Shown here piece by piece: positions 28,187-37,106 of a stretch of 64,000 nucleotides of DNA. Origin of the DNA: a virus. Lineage: Duplodnaviria; Caudoviricetes. The notes beneath the pieces were generated by a model, which did no database searches, was not told the origin of the DNA, and saw only the letters and a list, made by a program, of their open reading frames with translations. Location: the IMG/VR virus record IMGVR_UViG_3300033463_000041, positions 53,147 through 117,146 of that record; one strand, given 5' to 3'. The stretch's first letter is position 1, and each line of letters starts with the position of its first letter. A program made the position numbers and the translations under genes.

Positions 28187-28879
28187 CTAAATTCTTGAAT
28201 ACTCCTTCTTCGCATCAAAGCTCGGACAGCTCTTGATCCACTCCTGCGGCTCGACAATACCATTGTGGTTCTTGTCGGGCGAAAAGTCGCGGTGGCCACT
28301 GATCTTTGCCTTTGGGTATAGCTTGCGCAGCTCTACCAACAACGAGAGCAAAGACGCCTTCTGGGCCTCCGTTCGCGTGTCCTTTGCCTTCAGCTTATTG
28401 TATGGCACACCTGGCTTGTTCTCCAGACCGCCCACGTATGATATGCCGATGCTGTGTGCGTTATAGCCGTTGACGTGCGCCCCTATCAGGTCAACATCAC
28501 GTCCGTTCCATTTCTCGCCATTCAGCCCAATCACATAGTGGTAGCCGATGTCGCTCCAGCCGTTCTTCTTGTGTTCTGCACGAATCTGGTCAACAGTCAT
28601 TGCCTGTCCCTCTCTCGATGCCGTACAATGGATGACGATATCCGTTATCACCCTGCGTGACTTCTTCAGATGGAAAGCCTGTTTGACTACCGCCGGCAGG
28701 AGTTTTGCCAAAGTGGCCGGACCCGCTATGCCGTCTGGCGTCAGGTTATGTTCGCGCTGCCATGTCATCAGCGCCTCACGGGTGAGCGGGCCAAACTGCC
28801 CGTCTTGCACCAAGTGCAGCGCACCCTGTATCTGTTTCACTACAGGGCCGCTGCTTCCAAGTTTATAAAGTGTAGCCAT
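28187..28879 (-). CDS. Endolysin: peptidoglycan-binding domain + N-acetylmuramoyl-L-alanine amidase (Amidase_2)
   Basis: DGQFGPLT..DGIAGPAT; IVIHCTA, WSDIGYHYVI, GAHV, GHRDFS, KSCPSF. Confidence 0.92.
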   Translation of the reverse strand: MATLYKLGSSGPVVKQIQGALHLVQDGQFGPLTREALMTWQREHNLTPDGIAGPATLAKLLPAVVKQAFHLKKSRRVITDIVIHCTASREGQAMTVDQIRAEHKKNGWSDIGYHYVIGLNGEKWNGRDVDLIGAHVNGYNAHSIGISYVGGLENKPGVPYNKLKAKDTRTEAQKASLLSLLVELRKLYPKAKISGHRDFSPDKNHNGIVEPQEWIKSCPSFDAKKEYSRI

Positions 28880-28900
28880 GATTCTTCACTCTTTACTCTA

Positions 28901-29566
28901 TTAGGGCCATTCGCCTAAAGGACCGTTTACGTTTGGGATGGGGAACGATGGGCACCACTCCGTAATGTTACCAGTCACCGCATCAATGAAGATAGGATCA
29001 CCGATGGTTCCCAACACCCACTGAGCGTTACAGTTCCTCGGACCTACAGGCATTCGCAGCACCATACCCTTAGCAGGTGGGATGACACCGTTCCACTCCT
29101 TCAAGCGTTTCAGCACGTCCATAGGCCACAGCTTAATCTCGCAGTTATCCAGCTCGTCGTCTTCAATCCACACGTCGATGATAGGATGCGGAATAATCGT
29201 ACCCTTATTAACGTTAGAACTGATGTACTGAACGTGAGGCCCCTCGTCATTCCAGTAGAAGAATACGTCAGTAATGTCAGTGATGTGCAGGTCGTCGATG
29301 TTCTCAGCCTTGATGGTATCGTTGAACACCACTTGCAGGTTGCGCCACTCGTAGGTCTTACCACCAATCAGGTTGAACATCGTCTGACGATGCAGGGCGA
29401 CGATGTTAGCCACACCAGCCGTAAAGTCCTGTACCACGCCGTCATAGTCGCTGCCAGCCACCACTACGGCCTTCTCCTGCGGTTTCTCACTCTTGCCGCA
29501 TCCGTTGCAGGATGCCATCATGCCTACGACTATCGCCATCAGCATGCAGAAAAGAATCTTTTTCAT
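28901..29566 (-). CDS. Lipoprotein of unknown function
   Basis: MKKILF..VVGMMASC lipobox; ATG at 29566. Confidence 0.7.
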   Translation of the reverse strand: MKKILFCMLMAIVVGMMASCNGCGKSEKPQEKAVVVAGSDYDGVVQDFTAGVANIVALHRQTMFNLIGGKTYEWRNLQVVFNDTIKAENIDDLHITDITDVFFYWNDEGPHVQYISSNVNKGTIIPHPIIDVWIEDDELDNCEIKLWPMDVLKRLKEWNGVIPPAKGMVLRMPVGPRNCNAQWVLGTIGDPIFIDAVTGNITEWCPSFPIPNVNGPLGEWP

Positions 29567-29624
29567 CTTTCGTTTTTGTGTTTTGTTAATAATGTTTTGT
29601 TTATTGTGTCGCGATAATCGCGCC

Positions 29625-29993
29625 TCAATCAATATACTCTTCCGCTTCCTCCCAGCCCGTATCGGGTTTGAAGTCGTCGCGCTCCTTCAGGTACATCACC
29701 CTCATGCCCGACAGCGACTGCCAGCGGAAGCCCAGGTCATGCAGCTGCTTCTCAGCCGACGGCCACGGGTCTCCCCAGTCGATGCTTGCACGCAGTCCCA
29801 TCGCGTCGCGCAACTGTCCCACGTCCATGACCTCCACGCCGATGTCAAACCTCGGCCACGGCATCCAGCGCTCGTTGAACGCCTCGACCGCCTTCGTCAC
29901 GTTGTCATCCACCGCGTCGATGTCCGTCACCTTCTTCGGCGCCTTCTCTTCGTCGTTCTGTGCCATATCTGGAAACTTACTCGGAATCGTCAC
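29625..29993 (-). CDS. Hypothetical protein
   Basis: 122-aa ORF in operon. Confidence 0.6.
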   Translation of the reverse strand: MTIPSKFPDMAQNDEEKAPKKVTDIDAVDDNVTKAVEAFNERWMPWPRFDIGVEVMDVGQLRDAMGLRASIDWGDPWPSAEKQLHDLGFRWQSLSGMRVMYLKERDDFKPDTGWEEAEEYID

Positions 29994-30540
29994 ATTCTTT
30001 ATCGTCGGCGAACTGCGCTCTCTGAGCCTCCAGTTCCTCGTCCGTCAGATACAGGTTCCAGTCGATGCAGAGGTTCAGCGGCTCGTCACGCTGGAACTGC
30101 AACATCACCGCAAACCAGCCGTTCTGCAGCGGACCGACACTCAGGATGTCGATGTACGCACCGTCAAGGTTGATGCGTGCGAAGTCGCCTTTGATGTCGT
30201 TGTCAATCTCCTCATCGTGCTTCTTCTTCAGCCACGACAGGAAGTTCCTTGCATGAAACATAGCCGTCTCATACGCCACAGCCGCCTCGTCGCCGTCGGC
30301 CATCTTCTCGGCCCTGACAAAGAAGTAAATCGGATAGTTCAGTACTGGACATTCAATAGGTCCGCTACCGTCCACCCCACTCTCCATTACCACGCATGGC
30401 GAAAAGGCGTTGCTGATGTCCTTGGCCATATCCACCACGCCCATCTGCGAGTCAGTCAGGTAGAAGCGTTTGTTCTCCTTCGTGTGCTTCATGTACTTAT
30501 ACCGCTCGCACCACTGTTTAACAATCGAATGAAAAGTCAT
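29977..30540 (-). CDS. Hypothetical virion protein (possible tail terminator)
   Basis: 187 aa, acidic, SPCVVME..NYPIYFF pattern; in late operon. Confidence 0.45.
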   Translation of the reverse strand: MTFHSIVKQWCERYKYMKHTKENKRFYLTDSQMGVVDMAKDISNAFSPCVVMESGVDGSGPIECPVLNYPIYFFVRAEKMADGDEAAVAYETAMFHARNFLSWLKKKHDEEIDNDIKGDFARINLDGAYIDILSVGPLQNGWFAVMLQFQRDEPLNLCIDWNLYLTDEELEAQRAQFADDKECDDSE

Positions 30541-30561
30541 AGTCGTTTTGTGTTTGTGTTG

Positions 30562-31617
30562 TTACACCTTTATCTGGTCGAGGTCGATGCCATAGACCTT
30601 GGCGCTGTTGACCACCGCCTCCGTCACCGTCTCTTTACCTCCGATCTTCACCATCTCGCGGTACTTATCCACCCACTTCTTCACGTAGGCATCGTGCTTC
30701 TCGCCTGGTTCCTTCGGGCCTCGCGTGTCGCGCAGCGCATTACGCAACTGCTTTACACGCGCCTTCTGCTCTTTCGTCAGCTCACCTGAATCTTGAACCT
30801 TGGAACTTGAAACGACATGCGCATGTCCCAGGTCATCGACAGTAACACGTCCTGCCTTTACAGCCTTCGCCCACTCAGCGTCCAGCTCCTTACGGATGCT
30901 CTTTACCTGACTGTCAATCCTCGTGGCGGTCTTTGCCCACTTCTCGCGGTCAGCATTCTTGGCGTTCGGGTCGTTTATCAGCAGGCTCATATTCTTACGG
31001 GCTTCCTCCAGACCGCGCATCAGCTCGCCATACTTAGCCGCACGCTCCTGCGTCTTCTTCGGCAGGATATGCACGTACTGGGAAATATGTTCTGGACGCG
31101 GAATAATGCCAGGTTCTTGTGGCTTGACGCCTGCGCCAACGGTCTGCGTTGCCTTGGAGGTTCCCGCCGCAGACTCCTCTTTTGCCGCTTTCTTGGCGCC
31201 AGCCTTACCTGAATCCTGAATCTTGGCACCTGAAACCACAATGTTCTCTCCCTGCAGAGCCACAGGCTTTGCCCCGTCTGGCTCACCCATCGTCTTCAGG
31301 CATTTCACCATTCTTCGGATGCTTCTGTAGGCAGCCTTGCCATACAGTCTGTCAGGCAGCCACGTGTCGGCCATGTTCGAGAACGATGACAGTAGCCGTG
31401 CGCCCTCTTCCCAGGCGCGGCATTCCTCGTCGTTCCATCGGCCACTCACCTGCATCACGTTCTGCAGCTGTGCCTCCGGTTCCTCGGCACGTCTCAGCAA
31501 CATCTTGGCAGCGGAGCGCAACCACTCCCCTACCCGCTTTGCTATTGTCAGCCGCTCACCGGCATCCATGTTATCGTACCTCTTGAGGTACTCGCTCAAT
31601 GTTATCTTCTTGATCAT
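30562..31617 (-). CDS. Hypothetical protein
   Basis: ATG at 31617 (MIKKIT); helical; RPEHISQYVHILP motif. Confidence 0.65.
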   Translation of the reverse strand: MIKKITLSEYLKRYDNMDAGERLTIAKRVGEWLRSAAKMLLRRAEEPEAQLQNVMQVSGRWNDEECRAWEEGARLLSSFSNMADTWLPDRLYGKAAYRSIRRMVKCLKTMGEPDGAKPVALQGENIVVSGAKIQDSGKAGAKKAAKEESAAGTSKATQTVGAGVKPQEPGIIPRPEHISQYVHILPKKTQERAAKYGELMRGLEEARKNMSLLINDPNAKNADREKWAKTATRIDSQVKSIRKELDAEWAKAVKAGRVTVDDLGHAHVVSSSKVQDSGELTKEQKARVKQLRNALRDTRGPKEPGEKHDAYVKKWVDKYREMVKIGGKETVTEAVVNSAKVYGIDLDQIKV

Positions 31618-31622
31618 AGTCG

Positions 31623-32045
31623 TTACTCTTTTGGTTTCTGCTCTTTCTTCATCTCCTGTTGTTCCTTCATCCACATCATGTAGCAATAGCGGAAAGCATT
31701 TTCGCCCAGCTGCTTGATAACCTTACGGATGACCGACGGCTGCTGTGACTGTCGCGCACGAATCAGGTCGAACTCCTTCAGGATCGCCTCTGCGTCGTTC
31801 GTGCCGAAGCGTCTGAGGAACACCTCGTAATCATTCTTCGTGTTGTAGTGGATGCCGTATTTTGCCTTGGCATCGCGCATCATTTTCAGCATCTGCTTCA
31901 CGGCCTCCTTGATACCTTCCAGCACACGCTCTCTCGGCACATCCACCATCTTCATGCCCTGCTGCTGCAACTCCTTTTCGATTTGCTGCTTCTGTTGGGA
32001 CTGCTCTTGTTCTGGGGCTTTCGCCTCTTGTTTCTTCTTTGCCAT
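31623..32045 (-). CDS. Hypothetical protein
   Basis: 140-aa ORF. Confidence 0.65.
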   Translation of the reverse strand: MAKKKQEAKAPEQEQSQQKQQIEKELQQQGMKMVDVPRERVLEGIKEAVKQMLKMMRDAKAKYGIHYNTKNDYEVFLRRFGTNDAEAILKEFDLIRARQSQQPSVIRKVIKQLGENAFRYCYMMWMKEQQEMKKEQKPKE

Positions 32046-32082
32046 ATCTCAAAAATTAAAATTAGATATTTTCAGTCTCTCG

Positions 32083-32643
32083 TTAGAAGAATATCGCTTT
32101 TGCGAAATAGATAACGGCTGATGCGATAGATATCATTTTCAACCAGAAGAAAGCCCATGCACCACAGCCTACCCATGCAGGATAGTCTTTGGGTGTCAAC
32201 TGATGGCGGTTAATCTGACGCATGAAAAGCCACGACGTAAACGTCTGCCAAACGGCTTGCAATACGGATAGCAGCATGTAAATAACTGCAAGTGCAGTAC
32301 AAATAGAAAATGTATGAAACGCATGGCCTGATATCAAACCGCCAGTCATCATAACAGTAAACATCCATGCTACCATGTCGGCACGTTCGCCAGCCTTCAC
32401 ACTGCGCTCCTGATAATAGTCGTAGACTTCCTTTTCCGTCAACACGTCTTCGTCAGGTATTTCCTCAAACACCTTACCACGGGCATTATCTACACCATAT
32501 ACGTCCTGGCATAAACCAGACTCACACTCTTCGTGGCAATAATCCTTCAAAGCACAACGGTCACATTCGCTCCCGTCACCGATGGTGTCAGGTACAAGAG
32601 CGTATGTTTTTCCGTTAATTTTAATTTCATTGTCTTTATTCAT
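32083..32643 (-). CDS. Membrane protein with N-terminal Cys cluster
   Basis: CDRCALKDYC..C..C followed by about 3 hydrophobic helices; lower GC. Confidence 0.6.
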   Translation of the reverse strand: MNKDNEIKINGKTYALVPDTIGDGSECDRCALKDYCHEECESGLCQDVYGVDNARGKVFEEIPDEDVLTEKEVYDYYQERSVKAGERADMVAWMFTVMMTGGLISGHAFHTFSICTALAVIYMLLSVLQAVWQTFTSWLFMRQINRHQLTPKDYPAWVGCGAWAFFWLKMISIASAVIYFAKAIFF

Positions 32644-32667
32644 AATTCGCCGAATTTGTCTTTTGCA

Positions 32668-32703
32668 CTAAGATACATATATGTGATTCCTACGTCAAGG
32701 GCA
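32668..32703 (-). promoter_or_regulatory. Putative late promoter (lysis-terminase operon)
   Basis: TGCCCTTGAC-N18-TATCTTAG. Confidence 0.6.
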
Positions 32704-32752
32704 AATGAGTTAAGAACGTTTGCCGCCTTATTTAGTTAATAATACTTAAAAC

Positions 32753-32806
32753 TGTGTGACTTTGCGGTTGCAAAGTTGTGCGGTTGCAAAACTTTTCCTA
32801 TCTTTG
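32753..32806 (+). promoter_or_regulatory. Host-type promoter for par operon overlapped by 8-bp repeats
   Basis: TATCTTTG -7 box at 32799-32806; TTTGCGGTTGCAAAGTTGTGCGGTTGCAAA upstream. Confidence 0.55.
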
Positions 32807-32941
32807 CACCAACTGATAGCTCTAATGCTTAAAGGATTCCGCTACAACAGTCCTGAGCAAGCGGGCAAGATGTCGGCCACAAAGCTACACATTATGAACA
32901 CTTTATCGACAAGCCTTTCTAAGGCTCCTGGTGCATCTTTA

Positions 32942-33233
32942 TTGCATAGTTGCATAGTTGCACAACCACACAATTACAAAACCGCATATCCACACAACTA
33001 TGCGGCTAAATACCTATTATATATAATTATGCAGTTGTGCGGTCGTGTAATTGCAGTGTTTTGTAACCGCATAACCACACAAATACAACACTGCACAATT
33101 ATGTATATTTGCAACTACACAACCGCACATTTGCACAATAATACATTCAAGTGGCCGCACAATCGCACAAATACAATACCGCACACGTATGCACATTTGC
33201 AGTTGTGCAACCGCGCATTTACACAATCGCAAA
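32942..33233. repeat. Degenerate 8-bp repeat array (YYRCAYAA-like), putative centromere (parS)
   Basis: TTGCATAG TTGCATAG TTGCACAA CCACACAA TTACAAAA CCGCATAT... in both orientations, immediately upstream of parA. Confidence 0.7.
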
Positions 33234-33270
33234 ATTTTAAGCTACAACAAATATTATAAGGAGTAAAACT

Positions 33271-34137
33271 ATGAGTAAGAACAAAGCTACACATCTGCGT
33301 CACATCGTGACCGTAAGCAACAACAAGGGTGGGGCAGGAAAGACCACCACAGTATTGAACTTGGCAGTGGCCATTATGAAACGAGGCTACCGCGTTCTTG
33401 TCATCGACATGGATCCTCAGTGCAACCTCTCCACCAGTATCGGGTGGGACATGAAGCGCCAGGGAACGAAGAAAGAACCCGGGGAGCCTACGATGTTCAC
33501 AGCACTTTGTGAGGGAGCAAACATTCCCGTGTATCGTAACAGCATTGGACTATACTACACGCCATCGTCACGATGGATGGAGGATGCCGACGTCTATCTG
33601 AACAGCAACAAGGTGACAGACCCTGTAAGAGCCTTACGTGCCTTGTTAGCCGAACCCATCGACGACCACACTGGCGAAGGACTCACAGAATGGGAGAGCA
33701 GTTTTGATTTCATCTTCATCGACACCCAACCCGCCATGAGCCGTGTCACGGTCAATGCCGTATGCGCTGCCGACGGCATTATCATTCCCGTTGAGCTGGA
33801 GCAGTTTGCCGTTGACGGCTATGTCGAAACTATCGGTAAGATCATCAAGATCAAGAAAGTCTCAAACCCGACGCTGCAGATTCACGGCATATTACTCACG
33901 AAGGTAAACAACCGCTTGAAGAACGCTAAGAACTGGGAGGCCGACATGCGCGACCAGGGCGACGTGTTCAATGCCGTCATCCGTCGCTCTAACGACATCA
34001 CCAACTCGCAAGACCGCAGCTACGACACCACACCCGATGCCTGTCACGACATCTTCAGCTATCGTGGTGCCAGGAGCAATGTCAGCGAAGACTTCATCCT
34101 GCTTGCAGACGAATACCTGAAGAAATGGGGAAAGTAG
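33271..34137 (+). CDS. parA: ParA/Soj family partition ATPase
   Basis: Deviant Walker A NNKGGAGKTT, VLVIDMDPQCN, FIFIDTQP. Confidence 0.93.
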   Translation: MSKNKATHLRHIVTVSNNKGGAGKTTTVLNLAVAIMKRGYRVLVIDMDPQCNLSTSIGWDMKRQGTKKEPGEPTMFTALCEGANIPVYRNSIGLYYTPSSRWMEDADVYLNSNKVTDPVRALRALLAEPIDDHTGEGLTEWESSFDFIFIDTQPAMSRVTVNAVCAADGIIIPVELEQFAVDGYVETIGKIIKIKKVSNPTLQIHGILLTKVNNRLKNAKNWEADMRDQGDVFNAVIRRSNDITNSQDRSYDTTPDACHDIFSYRGARSNVSEDFILLADEYLKKWGK

Positions 34138-34175
34138 CATAACTGCACAGCCGCATAGTTGTGCGGTTGCATAAC
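34137..34175. repeat. Short copy of the 8-bp parS-like repeats between parA and partner gene
   Basis: GCATAACTGCACAGCCGCATAGTTGTGCGGTTGCATAAC. Confidence 0.6.
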
Positions 34176-34212
34176 AAGTTTTCAAATGTCAAACAAATAA
34201 AGTTATCACATT

Positions 34213-34587
34213 ATGGGAAAGAAAGAAGAACCCCGCCGCCGTTCGCTCAACGCACTGATAGAAGCGGCAGCAAGTGAAGACATCGACGTGGCAGGCATCG
34301 GCACAGAGCCACAAAACCAGCAGGCGCAAGAGAGTGTGTCATCCTCTTCGTCATCCAGTAGCAGCAGTAGTGAATCATTCCCTACCAAGAAGGCAACAAC
34401 CATCATGCCAAAGGAGGTGTTCAATGCCCTGCAGATGTACTGTACGCAGACCGACACCCCGAAGCATCGTGCCCTCTATCTCTTTATTCTTGACGGCCTA
34501 CATGCCGCAGGCCAGATATCCGACGACGACTACCAACGCTTCCGCGACATGGCCGCATTGCTTACTACCACCTACGAAAAGAAGTAA
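34213..34587 (+). CDS. Small ParA partner (ParG/ribbon-helix-helix-like centromere-binding protein)
   Basis: Disordered N-terminus followed by KKATTIMPKEVFNALQMYC (beta-alpha-alpha pattern); directly after parA. Confidence 0.6.
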   Translation: MGKKEEPRRRSLNALIEAAASEDIDVAGIGTEPQNQQAQESVSSSSSSSSSSSESFPTKKATTIMPKEVFNALQMYCTQTDTPKHRALYLFILDGLHAAGQISDDDYQRFRDMAALLTTTYEKK

Positions 34588-34591
34588 GGCT

Positions 34592-34816
34592 ATGACACCA
34601 GAAGAATATATTGAGAAACTGAAAGAAGCCCAGCGCACGCTTATCCTCGTGAAGGAAGATCTTGACAGAGCTATTCACAGGATGGAAAAGCGTTTAGAAA
34701 CGGGTTATGAATATTATGAGAAGGATAGCCGTCTGGCAGCTTTGGCAGGACGTGAATATATCAAGTTAGTTGATAAAAGTATTTATGAATTAGCAACGAA
34801 TAAAATTGAGTATTGA
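34592..34816 (+). CDS. Hypothetical protein
   Basis: ATG at 34592 (MTPEEY), 74 aa. Confidence 0.55.
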   Translation: MTPEEYIEKLKEAQRTLILVKEDLDRAIHRMEKRLETGYEYYEKDSRLAALAGREYIKLVDKSIYELATNKIEY

Positions 34817-34818
34817 TT

Positions 34819-34983
34819 ATGAAGCATACAGAAAGTGAAGCATACGAATTGATAGATGCTTGTAATGAGAACATCAACAGCGGAGATGTGAATAGTGCTG
34901 GCAGTTATGACGAAGGTGTCAGAGACGCCTTGCTTTGGCTCCTCGATGGGACTGCAAAACCATTTATAGGTAGAGAACTTTAA
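34819..34983 (+). CDS. Small hypothetical protein (54 aa, not in ORF track)
   Basis: MKHTESEAYELIDAC...SYDEGVRDALLWLL; fills the gap in the operon. Confidence 0.5.
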   Translation: MKHTESEAYELIDACNENINSGDVNSAGSYDEGVRDALLWLLDGTAKPFIGREL

Positions 34984-34995
34984 AGCGATACGTCT

Positions 34996-35241
34996 ATGCA
35001 ACAGTACACGCATGATTATACGCTGGTGTCAGAGGCCGAAAGCCATCTGTACGCAGCACAACAGTTAGAGGCGCATGAGCAGCCCGAAGAGGCATGGAAG
35101 CATATTGCGGATGCTCGTCGCATATTACAGCAGTTTCTCTCGCAGAACAACATGGTTCCAGACGATGAAGTCTATGACGGCTGGGTGAAGTCCAACGACG
35201 TGAAAGAAGAAATCGAACGACTAAAACAGCAGCAGCTATGA
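34996..35241 (+). CDS. Hypothetical protein
   Basis: 81 aa, overlaps next start. Confidence 0.55.
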   Translation: MQQYTHDYTLVSEAESHLYAAQQLEAHEQPEEAWKHIADARRILQQFLSQNNMVPDDEVYDGWVKSNDVKEEIERLKQQQL

Positions 35242-35642
35242 AAACAATTATTTCCGCAGGCCGCATCATGATCCTGGTGCTTGCAAGTCTCTTGGCTTTT
35301 ACGTCCTGCAGCAAGGACGAAGACCCAGGCATCAGGGATTACGATCTGATTGGCCAATGGATTTCTGACGTCAGGAATAATACACGGATATATACGTTTG
35401 GTGGTGATCTCAGAGGATACTATAACGATTCATCTGGCAGATGGTCCGACTTAACATACACGATTTCTGAACTCGGACATATCCATATCAAATTCTTCAA
35501 TAGTAAGACCAAGGAATTTGAAGAAGAGCATGACTGGACTTACAGCGTCTCCGGCAATACGCTGTGGCTGAATGGAACATCGTTCACCAGAAAGAAGGAC
35601 AGCACACCTGTAGATTCCGTTGTGTCAGCGCGCCGACAATAG
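35238..35642 (+). CDS. Lipoprotein (lipocalin-like beta fold), possible superinfection exclusion
   Basis: LLAFTSC lipobox followed by SKDED; LIGQW motif; exclusion role is inference only. Confidence 0.65.
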   Translation: MKTIISAGRIMILVLASLLAFTSCSKDEDPGIRDYDLIGQWISDVRNNTRIYTFGGDLRGYYNDSSGRWSDLTYTISELGHIHIKFFNSKTKEFEEEHDWTYSVSGNTLWLNGTSFTRKKDSTPVDSVVSARRQ

Positions 35643-35662
35643 GGTAGGGCTGGAAAACATGG

Positions 35663-35710
35663 CAACGACCGCACCGAGGATAACAAGGCGATGCGGTCGT
35701 TGTTGTATTA
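35663..35710. terminator. Hairpin terminator between convergent genes
   Basis: CAACGACCGCA / TGCGGTCGTTG 11-bp stem. Confidence 0.6.
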
Positions 35711-35787
35711 TAATCGTAAAGATTTGGCGCGGACAGATTTAAAGTCTGTGTGCCTTATCGGTTGATAGCCCGAAAGCGATTTACAAC

Positions 35788-36192
35788 TTAGCTGAAGTCT
35801 GCCCGCGATGACGTAAAAGAGTATGCGTCGCCATCAGGAGCGTAATTGCCTGTGTAGTCGTTTCTGAGGTTCATCGTTTCGGTTTCACTATTAGGCCATC
35901 GGTAACATACAAGCGTCATGCTAACCTCTCCTGTGGGTGTAAGGAGTGAATAAGCATCGACGACTTGTGCAGACGTTGTGCTGGCCTCCTGGTTCAGCAT
36001 TACTGGAGTCTGCAAGTCCACGATGTTCAACTGTGAATCGAACGAAACGACGGCATTACCGTCCAACGAGAGGGTAGCTACCATTACGCAGCCAATGTCC
36101 TGCTCAGGTGGGCCATAAGCCTGCATCTGAGCCGTAGCGTGTGCCATCAGCGTAATCATCATCAGGCACATCATGCAAACGAATTTCTTCAT
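35788..36192 (-). CDS. Secreted hypothetical protein
   Basis: Signal peptide MKKFVC..MAHA; preceded by the late-promoter motif. Confidence 0.55.
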   Translation of the reverse strand: MKKFVCMMCLMMITLMAHATAQMQAYGPPEQDIGCVMVATLSLDGNAVVSFDSQLNIVDLQTPVMLNQEASTTSAQVVDAYSLLTPTGEVSMTLVCYRWPNSETETMNLRNDYTGNYAPDGDAYSFTSSRADFS

Positions 36193-36250
36193 TGCCTTTC
36201 GTTTTTAGAATTTGACATAGCCGAGTTCCACGGCGTTACTATTCCACATA

Positions 36251-36285
36251 CAAAGATACAAAATACCCGGCCCAAGTCAAGGGCA
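36251..36285 (-). promoter_or_regulatory. Putative late promoter
   Basis: TGCCCTTGAC-N17-TATCTTTG. Confidence 0.6.
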
Positions 36286-36309
36286 CTTGCAAATAGAGTA
36301 GGGCAGTCG

Positions 36310-36845
36310 GTCGAAGATTCCCAACTTGCGGTCGGAAAAACCCAACTCGCAAGAAAGCGTTTATTAAATTTTAATCTGTTCTTGGTACCGAAATAACAAA
36401 TCTCTCCAGGCTTGATACGAATCTTCGACCAGAAAATGGCTGATATCCTACTGCCTATGGGCGTTCCCGACATATATACACCCTAACTTCTTCTTTATCA
36501 GTCGGAAAAAACCAACTCACAAAGATTATTTGTTTGTTGGTTTTTCTCATTTACAATAACCAATTAAATAGAGTGTTTATATATTTACGGATGGCGAAAC
36601 CGCCTAACACACAAGTAGTTACGTTTTATATCGGTCGAACAATACCAACAACCAGTCGAAGAAACCCAACTTAGTGGTCGAACATTCCCAACTTGCAGTC
36701 GGAGATATCCAACCGAAAGTCGGACAAAACCAACTTTTAGTCGAAGAAATACAACTCGGTCGGAGATTTACAACTCGCAGTCGGAAAAATACAACTTCCT
36801 AACTTTGGTCGGAAAAACCCAACTTGCGGTCGAAGAAACCCAACA
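36310..36845 (+). repeat. Iteron array / plasmid-type replication origin
   Basis: 13 copies of a 17-bp GTCGRA...CAAC(T) unit; ten at mostly ~21-bp spacing (36634-36845), plus 36310, 36331 and 36501; AT-rich stretch at 36520-36630; upstream of rep. Confidence 0.85.
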
Positions 36846-36879
36846 TTACGCATTTTTAACGCATATTTTTCCGAAAACA

Positions 36880-36911
36880 TTTGGAACTTTCAGAAATAAT
36901 TCTTACCTTTG
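36880..36911 (+). promoter_or_regulatory. Bacteroidetes sigma-type promoter for rep
   Basis: TTTG (36880) ... TACCTTTG (36904-36911). Confidence 0.65.
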
Positions 36912-37106
36912 CCCTCGCTACAAACATAATGTTAAACCTCTCTGTGTGACGTGGACGGACTGTAACTCCATCGTATCATACATCGAATAAAGATAGGCGG
37001 CAGCCTGTTTCCCCACTGTCAGCAGAGGTCGAAGTGTTTGTAGCAGAACGCATAGGGCTGCCGCCTTTGTTCTGCTGCGACCTCCGACATAAAAGATTGC
37101 AAGACA

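Noticed and set aside
32756-33259. 167-aa ORF across the parS-like array (possible ATG at 32894 with a start context resembling gene 42369)
   Set aside because: Sequence is dictated by the 8-bp repeats (His/Asn/Cys-rich); translation cannot be excluded but there is no protein-like signal
36310-36845. Regular repeats considered as a CRISPR array
   Set aside because: 17-bp degenerate units with ~4-bp gaps, no unique spacers, no cas genes; adjacency to rep fits iterons
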